Made by a program: the position numbers and the translations under genes | The notes under the pieces: model-generated | Seen by the model: only the letters and a program-made list of their open reading frames with translations | The model's database searches: none | Told to the model about the DNA's origin: nothing | Shown: positions 1 through 6,286 of the stretch, one piece after another | Layout of the letters: each line of letters begins with the position of its first letter | Position numbering within the stretch: position 1 is the first letter of the stretch | Source of the DNA: an uncultured virus (IMG/VR IMGVR_UViG_2740892351_000003) | Lineage: Duplodnaviria > Heunggongvirae > Uroviricota > Caudoviricetes | IMG/VR virus record: IMGVR_UViG_2740892351_000003 | Span: 119,237-139,236 of that record | DNA: 20,000 nt | Strand: one strand, 5' to 3'

Positions 1-3000
1 GGAACATTAAATATAGCAACAAGTTTGTTAAATGGAGCTATGATAGGTTTAGCTACTTTTGCTATATCTAAGGGGATACAATGGATAGATGATACTATTC
101 ATAAATATGAAAAACTAGCAGAGAAGCAAAAAGAAGTTATTGGAACTACTACAAGTGAGATAAGCTCTTTGCAACAGAAGAAAAAGAGTTTAGAGGGTAT
201 ATCAGAGGAGTACAATAATTTAGCTAGTAAAACCGAAAAAACTGCTGATGAAACTGCTAGATTTAGTGAACTTAAACAACAAATTGCAGATATAGCACCA
301 GAATTAGTATTGGGTGTAGATGAGAATAATGACCCTATTCTAAATATGAGTGGTAACTTAGATGAGGTCATTAATAAATTAAGAAAGGCTATAGAAGAAA
401 AAAATAAACTTTTAAAGTCTCAAGAAGATGAACTTGCAATAACTACATCAAAGACTGCACCAAATACAAAAAAAGACCTTGATAAAGAAAAGAAAAAACT
501 TGACAAAGTTCTTGAAGATGAGAATAATTTATTTAAAAATGCTTTAAGTAAATCTAATTTTAAAGAACAAACAGAAGCATTAAAAAAGGCTTACAACCAA
601 CAAGAAACTGATTTTGCAGAACATCATCAAAACCTTCTTACTGAATATGAAAAATATAATGAAGAAGAAGAGGTAATGCAAAAAAGGGCAATTAATAGAT
701 TAACTAATTCTGATATATCTAAAACATATGCTAAGCAATCTGAACAAAAGAAAAGTAAAATGAATGAGCTTGTGGCTAATATGAATTGGCATGACTATAG
801 TGTAGGACAACAGAATAGTATTATAAGTGCTTTTGATAAAATAAGTCAGTCAATTCCTGTTGAAAAATTAGACCAGTGGAATAAGAAGATAACTGATGCC
901 AATACAAATTATCAAGCATCTGGCGATATGAACCAATATACTAAAGAGTTACAAGGTTTAGCAAATGAACTTCAAAAACTAAGTGGAGGAAGTATAAGTG
1001 CTGATACATGGCTTGTTGGATTACAACAAGGCTTCTATGGATTAGATTTAGCTAGTGTAAAATTACATACTTTCTTGAAAAGTTATGGTTCGTCTTTAGC
1101 TGAATTTGAGAATAAAGACAGTCTTGCAATAAAGCTTAAAAATCAATTTGATGCATTAAATGATTTTTCTCAAGATTTAGAAGTCAATGGTAAAATCAAT
1201 GTAAAACTGCTTGAAGATATACAAAGTGGAGAAGATGGTCAAGATTTACCACAACAATTAAAAGAATTTATAAATGGAATAATGGCTGATGGTGATGCTC
1301 CAATTGAAGCTGAATCAGAACTGCTTCTTCAAATTACTACTAAAATTGAAAATGAAGGGCAATTATCAAATGATGTTGTTGAAAAGTTAAACAGACTTTT
1401 TAAAGGTGAATTAACTCCATTAGAAATAGGTGATGGATTAAAAATCAGTGATGATTTACCTCCATTATCAAAAGAAATGGTTCAAGCATTAAATGATAAA
1501 TATAAAGAAGAATTTAAAAAGAATAAAGTTGCACCTGAAATTACCCCTAGTGTCAATGGAAAAAAAGCTAAAAAAGAATTAAAAGAATTAGAACAATTCA
1601 AAAAAAACACATTTAAATCAGATAAAATTGTGACTGAAATTAATAATAAAGGACTAGATTTCGCAAAAAAAGACTTGAGTGTATTAAAAGAACAGTTGGA
1701 TAGATTTAAAAATGAAGATACAAAGTTGTCTTTTACTACAGATTGTGCAGATGCTTTTAAAGATGTAAATTCTTTAGAGGAAGCTAGAAAAAAAATATCT
1801 GCTCCAATGAGTTTAAAATATGATATAGATGTAGATAAAAAAGGATTGACTGAAGCAAAAAAAGTCTATGATATTTTACCTGATAATCTCAAAAAAAAGA
1901 TAGAAACAGAAGTAATAGGTATAGATAAATTAGACACATTACAAAACTTAATAGATAAAGCTCCAAATAAAAAAGAAACTATATTTGAAATAATTAATAA
2001 AAATCCAGATAAACTAAATGAGATAGATGAAATTCTTAATAATGTTCCAAATGATAAAAAGGAAGCTGTTATTGATTTTATAGTAAACAATTTAGACCAA
2101 CTTGAAAAAGCTAAAAATGTACAAGAATTAATAAACAGTCTACCTCCAGAAATAAAAAAACAACTTGGAATAGAAGTTGAAGGAGGAGAAAATGCAGAGA
2201 AAACTGTTAATACAGTTCAAAATGCAGATGGAACTAAGGCTGACCTTTTAGTAAATGCAGAAGTAAATGGAGAATCACAAGTAGTTGAATGCATAGAAAC
2301 ATTAGATAAGAATGGGAATAAAACATACACTCCTAATTTGAATCCTCAAGTTAATAATAGTGAAAAAGTTGTTCAGTGCATGAGAATATTAGATGAATAT
2401 GGAAATGAATCTTATATTCCAATTGTAAGTCCTCAAGTTACTAATGAAGAAGGGCTTAACAGTACTAAACAAAAAATGGATGAGTTAGATAATAAAACAG
2501 TAACTTCAACTGTACAAATAAAGACAGAAGGAGAAACTGAAGTTGAACAAGCAACCAATTTTATAGAAAATACAAATCCAACTAAGGTTATTGAGTTATC
2601 CATAAACAACTCTGGTAAAGATGAAATTGACAATACAAAACAAAAGTTAGATGAACTTAATAATGAAAAAGCCACTCCTACTATTGAAGCTACAGGTGCA
2701 GAACAAGCATCCAAACAATTAAATCAATTATCACAAAAAGCACAAGAAATTGGGCAAGGTAATTATCATATAAATGTTAGTACTTCAACTGAACAAGGGG
2801 CTAAGAATATTTCAGGACTTATAGCTAGAGTAAAACAATTCTTAGCTTTGAAAGTATCTACACTTGTATTTAGAACTGAAACTGCACAAGCAGCAAAAAA
2901 TGTATCAGGTTTGTTAGCCAAAGTACAAAGTTATGTTAGCCGATATGGTGGAAAAACTATAAAGACTACATTTAGTGCATTAACTGCAACTGCTGCAAAG

Positions 3001-5166
3001 AACATATCAGGGCTTATTAGGAAAATAGAGTCATTTAAATCAAATTATGCAGGAAAAACATTCACTACTACATTTGTAACTAATAAAGTGACTAATAGTT
3101 CTGGTGGTGGAGGAGGAGGAAATAGTTCAGATAAGACCAATAAAACTGAACGTACCTCTGTTACTAATGTAACTCCAATTCCAGCTAATCTATTAGCTCA
3201 ACCTAGAACATCAGAACCAGCACCAATAAGTGACGAAACTCCTGTAACACCAAAACCATCCTTATTCTCAAGAGCAGTATCAAGAGCCACATCCGCTTTC
3301 AAAGTAATCAAACCTAAAGTTACAATAAACAATGACACAATAGACTCATCTGTAAAATATAGTATAGAATTATTTAAAGAGTTAGAAAATGCTATATCAG
3401 CAGTAACAAATGAAATAGCTCTATTAGACAAAAAAATGGAACATGCTACAGGTGATGAGAAGATTAAATACTTACAGGAGCAAAATAAATTATTTGCTCA
3501 ACAAAAAGATTTAATAAAACAACAACAAGATGGATATAAAGCTGAAAGTAACAGACTTAAAAATAGATTAAAAGAAAAGAAAATGGGCTTTAAGTTTGAT
3601 GATACTGGAAATCTAACTAACTATGAAGAAAAGTTAATATCAATAGAAAAAGAATTAGACAAATTAAATTCAAAGTCTGGTGACAAAGAAAATAAAAAAG
3701 ATGAATCCAGAAAAAAAGAGTTGGAAGAAACTAAGAAAGTCCTTGAAGAATATATTAAAGTTACATTTACAGAACTGCCTAAATGTGAGCAAGAATGGGA
3801 AGAATACAATAATAAAATTAAAGAACACAATGAGGAGTTAAGGAAAGCACAAGAAGAAATGTGGAAACTTAATAAGAATTCCACATGGACTTCTATGTAC
3901 AAAGATGTAGAGCAAGTAAATAATGAAATAGCAATGATAGATGTATTACTTAAAAATGCTACAGGTGATGAGCAGATAGAGTTGTTAGAAAAGAAAAAAG
4001 AGTTAATGGCCAAGAAGGCTAAAGAACTATCTGAAACAACAGCATATCTTCAAGAAACACAAAAAGAGCTACAACAAAAGCTACAAGGCTATGGATTTAC
4101 ATTTAGAGATAATGGCGATATAACTAACTTCATTCAACATAAAAATCAACTTAAAAAGAACATGACTGATGAAGAATTTAAGAGAATGGAAGAGGCAGCA
4201 GAGGGATATTTGGATTTATTGATAAATAAAATACCTGATGCCAATAAGGAAATTGCTGAATCTAAGGAAGAAATTGAAGCATTAAATAAAGAAATTCAAG
4301 ATGCTTATAAAGACCAGCTTAAAGAAGCTCAAAGCCTACAAGAAAAAATTAGAGACATGTATAAAAAAGAGCTTGAAGAGAGACTTAAAGAAATAGATAA
4401 AGAAACTAAAGCTAAAATTGATTCTCTTAAAAAGCAACAAGATGCTTACAATGATTCAAGAAAAGAAGCCAAATATAAAGATGATTATGAAGAACAACAA
4501 GATGTAATAAGTGATTTAGAAAAACAAATAGCAATAGCTGAAAGAGATAGTTCTTTAAGTGGTCAGAAGAAACTTAAAGATTTACAAAAACAATTAAAAG
4601 AAGAACAGAAGAAATTACAGGATTTAGTACAAGACCATGTAGACGACCAAGTTAACGATATGTATGACAAGGAATCTGACAGACTACAAGAAGAAGCAGA
4701 TAAGTTAAAAGAAGAGTTAGAGAAAAAATACTCAGATGAAAATTTAGTTGATTTAATTAATGAAGCAATTTCAAGTGGTAAATTTGTAGGTCTTGATGGA
4801 GAGGTTAAGAAACTTCAAGATGCTATTATTGAATACATAAATAAATATGAAGATGGTATGTTGGCAATGGGTTCTGTCACTAAGCAGGAATGGCTTGATA
4901 AGCTAAAAGAAGGTAAAGAGACATTAGAAGATATTAACGACATATTAGATGAATTAGATTTAAGTAAATTTGCTATGCCTAATTATAATCCTTCTTCAAA
5001 TTCTCGTTCAAGAAGTGTGTCTCCAACATCATCAGTCAACTTTAATTCACCATTCTTTGTTGTTCAAGGAAATGTAACTAAGGATACTATGAAAGACTTA
5101 GAGAAATTTGGTAGAGATTTAGAAAATAGAGTATATAGAAAAATAGTAGAAAATATTAAATCATAG
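1..5166 (+). CDS. Phage tail tape measure protein, 5' truncated by the window edge
   Basis: Frame 1 is open from base 1 (GTLNIATSLLNGAMIG...) to TAG at 5164-5166, so the true start lies upstream. More than 1700 aa, mostly helical/coiled-coil and K/E-rich, with a hydrophobic patch near the start. The C-terminus (VNFNSPFFVVQGNVTKDTMKDLEKF...) is typical of tape-measure ends, and tail/baseplate genes follow. Confidence 0.9.
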   Translation, partial: GTLNIATSLLNGAMIGLATFAISKGIQWIDDTIHKYEKLAEKQKEVIGTTTSEISSLQQKKKSLEGISEEYNNLASKTEKTADETARFSELKQQIADIAPELVLGVDENNDPILNMSGNLDEVINKLRKAIEEKNKLLKSQEDELAITTSKTAPNTKKDLDKEKKKLDKVLEDENNLFKNALSKSNFKEQTEALKKAYNQQETDFAEHHQNLLTEYEKYNEEEEVMQKRAINRLTNSDISKTYAKQSEQKKSKMNELVANMNWHDYSVGQQNSIISAFDKISQSIPVEKLDQWNKKITDANTNYQASGDMNQYTKELQGLANELQKLSGGSISADTWLVGLQQGFYGLDLASVKLHTFLKSYGSSLAEFENKDSLAIKLKNQFDALNDFSQDLEVNGKINVKLLEDIQSGEDGQDLPQQLKEFINGIMADGDAPIEAESELLLQITTKIENEGQLSNDVVEKLNRLFKGELTPLEIGDGLKISDDLPPLSKEMVQALNDKYKEEFKKNKVAPEITPSVNGKKAKKELKELEQFKKNTFKSDKIVTEINNKGLDFAKKDLSVLKEQLDRFKNEDTKLSFTTDCADAFKDVNSLEEARKKISAPMSLKYDIDVDKKGLTEAKKVYDILPDNLKKKIETEVIGIDKLDTLQNLIDKAPNKKETIFEIINKNPDKLNEIDEILNNVPNDKKEAVIDFIVNNLDQLEKAKNVQELINSLPPEIKKQLGIEVEGGENAEKTVNTVQNADGTKADLLVNAEVNGESQVVECIETLDKNGNKTYTPNLNPQVNNSEKVVQCMRILDEYGNESYIPIVSPQVTNEEGLNSTKQKMDELDNKTVTSTVQIKTEGETEVEQATNFIENTNPTKVIELSINNSGKDEIDNTKQKLDELNNEKATPTIEATGAEQASKQLNQLSQKAQEIGQGNYHINVSTSTEQGAKNISGLIARVKQFLALKVSTLVFRTETAQAAKNVSGLLAKVQSYVSRYGGKTIKTTFSALTATAAKNISGLIRKIESFKSNYAGKTFTTTFVTNKVTNSSGGGGGGNSSDKTNKTERTSVTNVTPIPANLLAQPRTSEPAPISDETPVTPKPSLFSRAVSRATSAFKVIKPKVTINNDTIDSSVKYSIELFKELENAISAVTNEIALLDKKMEHATGDEKIKYLQEQNKLFAQQKDLIKQQQDGYKAESNRLKNRLKEKKMGFKFDDTGNLTNYEEKLISIEKELDKLNSKSGDKENKKDESRKKELEETKKVLEEYIKVTFTELPKCEQEWEEYNNKIKEHNEELRKAQEEMWKLNKNSTWTSMYKDVEQVNNEIAMIDVLLKNATGDEQIELLEKKKELMAKKAKELSETTAYLQETQKELQQKLQGYGFTFRDNGDITNFIQHKNQLKKNMTDEEFKRMEEAAEGYLDLLINKIPDANKEIAESKEEIEALNKEIQDAYKDQLKEAQSLQEKIRDMYKKELEERLKEIDKETKAKIDSLKKQQDAYNDSRKEAKYKDDYEEQQDVISDLEKQIAIAERDSSLSGQKKLKDLQKQLKEEQKKLQDLVQDHVDDQVNDMYDKESDRLQEEADKLKEELEKKYSDENLVDLINEAISSGKFVGLDGEVKKLQDAIIEYINKYEDGMLAMGSVTKQEWLDKLKEGKETLEDINDILDELDLSKFAMPNYNPSSNSRSRSVSPTSSVNFNSPFFVVQGNVTKDTMKDLEKFGRDLENRVYRKIVENIKS
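2263..2445 (+). repeat. Two ~29-aa tandem repeats in the tape measure protein
   Basis: VNGESQVVECIETLDKNGNKTYTPNLNPQ / VNNSEKVVQCMRILDEYGNESYIPIVSPQ, followed by a partial VTNE. Confidence 0.75.
2788..3036 (+). repeat. Three amphipathic repeats (AKN[IV]SGL) in the tape measure protein
   Basis: TEQGAKNISGLIARVKQF / TAQAAKNVSGLLAKVQSY / TATAAKNISGLIRKIESF. Confidence 0.8.
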
Positions 5167-5195
5167 ATTATTTATATAAACAAAGGATTTTAAGT

Positions 5196-5230
5196 AGAAA
5201 TCCGGATTTCTCTAACAAAATCCAGATTTT
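5196..5230. promoter_or_regulatory. Pair of related palindromes, possible operator
   Basis: Perfect 16-bp palindrome AGAAATCCGGATTTCT (5196-5211) and variant AAAATCCAGATTTT (5217-5230), centres 20 bp apart, directly upstream of the promoter at 5233. Confidence 0.45.
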
Positions 5231-5232
5231 AT

Positions 5233-5261
5233 TTCAAAAAATAATATGTATATGATATAAT
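5233..5261 (+). promoter_or_regulatory. Sigma-A-type promoter for putative antitoxin RNA 1
   Basis: TTCAAA (5233-5238), 17 bp spacer, TATAAT (5256-5261) with extended -10 TG (TGaTATAAT). Confidence 0.6.
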
Positions 5262-5267
5262 AATGAT

Positions 5268-5420
5268 ATAAATGATATAAATTTATATCATAAAGACATA
5301 AAAAAAGAGACTACAAACTATTTGCTGTAGGGTGTAGTTCTTAAAGTTAACAATAAAAAGAATAGATTTATGTATTACTTTCAGAATCACTAGACCCGCC
5401 AGTCTGGTGATTCTTTAATT
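5268..5420 (+). ncRNA. Putative type I antitoxin RNA (~150 nt), antisense to the 53-aa toxin mRNA
   Basis: Bounded by the promoter at 5233-5261 and the hairpin/T-rich tail at 5383-5422. Has a 5' hairpin at 5272-5291 and overlaps convergently the 3' end and 3'UTR of ORF 5368-5529(-). Ends are estimates. Confidence 0.65.
5300..5340 (-). terminator. Intrinsic terminator of the toxin mRNA
   Basis: Minus strand reads GAACTACA-ccctacagcaaatagtt-TGTAGTCTC-TTTTTTT (ACTACA/TGTAGT stem then a U-run). Confidence 0.6.
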
Positions 5421-5529
5421 TTCTAATAGATGCTTTCAAGTTTAAGATTGCATCTATTAGCTTTGTCAAATGATTGATTATTCTTGTAATCATAATTATC
5501 ATTATTAAAAACAAAACTAAGTACTCCAT
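5368..5529 (-). CDS. Small hydrophobic protein (53 aa), putative type I TA toxin
   Basis: Manually translated: MEYLVLFLIMIIMITRIINHLTKLIDAILNLKASIRKLKNHQTGGSSDSESNT*. Strong SD GAAAGGGGGTGA 4 nt before ATG (5529). N-terminal hydrophobic helix and basic/polar tail, with its own promoter and terminator and a convergent antisense unit. Not in the ORF track. Confidence 0.8.
   Translation of the reverse strand: MEYLVLFLIMIIMITRIINHLTKLIDAILNLKASIRKLKNHQTGGSSDSESNT
5383..5422 (+). terminator. Terminator hairpin of putative antitoxin RNA 1
   Basis: AGAATCACTAGAC-ccgcca-GTCTGGTGATTCT (13-bp stem, one G-U) followed by TTAATTTT. Confidence 0.65.
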
Positions 5530-5607
5530 AGTCTCACCCCCTTTCTTACTGGGGATTTTAACTAAAGAGCCATCACCCTAATAGTCTAAACTGTAGTCTC
5601 TAAAAAT

Positions 5608-5635
5608 ATTATACCATAATTTTCCATAATGTTAA
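5608..5635 (-). promoter_or_regulatory. Sigma-A-type promoter of the toxin gene
   Basis: Minus strand TTAACA (5635-5630), 16 bp spacer, TATAAT (5613-5608) with extended TG (TGgTATAAT). The predicted start at ~5601 coincides with the edge of the long inverted repeat. Confidence 0.65.
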
Positions 5636-5648
5636 ATTTAATATTATA

Positions 5649-5678
5649 TTGACGACAGCAGTAGAATAAAGATATAAT
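5649..5678 (+). promoter_or_regulatory. Near-consensus sigma-A promoter, back-to-back with the toxin promoter
   Basis: TTGACG (5649-5654), 18 bp spacer, TATAAT (5673-5678). Confidence 0.7.
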
Positions 5679-5731
5679 ACAGGTAACAGAAAATTAAAAT
5701 ATTTTTACATAAAGAATTTCTACTTATCTAG

Positions 5732-5757
5732 GCCACCTTAAACAAGTGGCTATTTTT
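5732..5757 (+). terminator. Terminator/attenuator-like hairpin
   Basis: GCCAC-cttaaacaa-GTGGC followed by TATTTTT, about 70 nt downstream of the predicted start of the promoter at 5649-5678. Confidence 0.55.
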
Positions 5758-5790
5758 ATACTCTGGTATATATTTAAGGAGGTGTTACAA

Positions 5791-5946
5791 ATGATAAATA
5801 ATATAGAAGATTGTAAGCTTCTTATTGAGATAGAAATAAGAATGAAAGGTATAGATGAAAAAGAACTAATATCTCAAAGCGAAATTCTGAAAGACCTAAA
5901 TATTAATGAAAAAGACCTTGAAGATATTGAAGTGAATTTTGAATAA
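5791..5946 (+). CDS. 51-aa acidic protein resembling the C-terminal half of clostridial Phd/YefM-type antitoxins
   Basis: Perfect SD AAGGAGGTG at 5776-5784 favours ATG 5791 over the track's start at 5746. Sequence MINNIEDCKLLIEIEIRMKGIDEKELISQSEILKDLNINEKDLEDIEVNFE. The pattern IED..L.IE...RM...IS..E[IV]...L.I.E.DL.DI.V..E resembles, from memory, the C-termini of such antitoxins. The ORF is well supported; the function is inferred. Confidence 0.6.
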   Translation: MINNIEDCKLLIEIEIRMKGIDEKELISQSEILKDLNINEKDLEDIEVNFE

Positions 5947-6036
5947 TGAAATGATTTATAATATACCTATTTAAAACATGTATTAATTGATATCAGTAAT
6001 AGTGATTTTTTATTTATTAACTGTAAACGAATCTGT

Positions 6037-6063
6037 TTTACAAAAACGTATTTATGATATAAT
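6037..6063 (+). promoter_or_regulatory. Extended -10 promoter for putative orphan antitoxin RNA
   Basis: TGaTATAAT at 6055-6063; TTTACA at 6037-6042 (15 bp spacer, suboptimal). Confidence 0.55.
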
Positions 6064-6069
6064 AAAAGT

Positions 6070-6175
6070 AAGGAATTTAATCTACTTAATACAAAGAGTG
6101 ATTGTTTCCTTAAAGTTAATTAAAAATCAATTTATCTTTTGAAACCACTCTTATTGGCGTTTGAGTGGTTTTTTG
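6070..6175 (+). ncRNA. Putative orphan type I antitoxin RNA (~105 nt)
   Basis: Promoter upstream and strong terminator at 6142-6174. Antisense to a toxin-like remnant, and shares CTTAAAGTTAA (6109-6119) with antitoxin RNA 1 (5340-5350). Ends are estimates. Confidence 0.6.
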
Positions 6176-6245
6176 CTTTATCATATATGTAACAAACTAT
6201 TAAACTTGTTGCAATATTTAGATTAATAAAATATTTTAACTCATC
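6132..6245 (-). pseudogene. Start-less remnant of a short C. difficile-type type I toxin
   Basis: Minus frame reads *DELKYFINLNIATSLIVCYIYDKAKNHSNANKSGFKR*. The hydrophobic stretch plus YIYDK..NHS.ANKSG tail resembles the ~34-aa C. difficile prophage type I toxins (recalled). There is no in-frame ATG/GTG/TTG, no SD, and an in-frame TAA at 6248-6246. Confidence 0.65.
6142..6174 (+). terminator. Intrinsic terminator
   Basis: AAACCACTC-ttattggcgttt-GAGTGGTTT followed by TTT (9-bp perfect stem). Confidence 0.8.
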
Positions 6246-6286
6246 TTAATTGATGGGCTTTTCTAATACAAAGAAGGTGATAAAAT

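Noticed and set aside
8..26. TAAATATAGCAACAAGTTT (LNIATSL in the tape measure protein) matches the minus-strand toxin remnant at 6202-6220 in 18 of 19 bases
   Set aside because: Short AT-rich match with no extension, outside the predicted antitoxin RNA; most likely chance.
5746..5790. 15-codon N-terminal extension of the 5746-5946 ORF
   Set aside because: The GTG lies inside a terminator hairpin with no SD, whereas ATG 5791 has a perfect SD.
5946..6036. Possible RelE/ParE toxin start overlapping the stop of the 51-aa ORF (TAATG)
   Set aside because: ATG 5946 reads MK* and ATG 5951 closes after 7 codons (MIYNIPI*), so no toxin-sized ORF exists. A heavily deleted remnant cannot be excluded.
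5167..6286. c-di-GMP riboswitch, which precedes some C. difficile antitoxin RNAs
   Set aside because: I could not find the expected conserved motifs or enough GC-rich stem structure upstream of any unit. An Infernal/Rfam scan would settle it.
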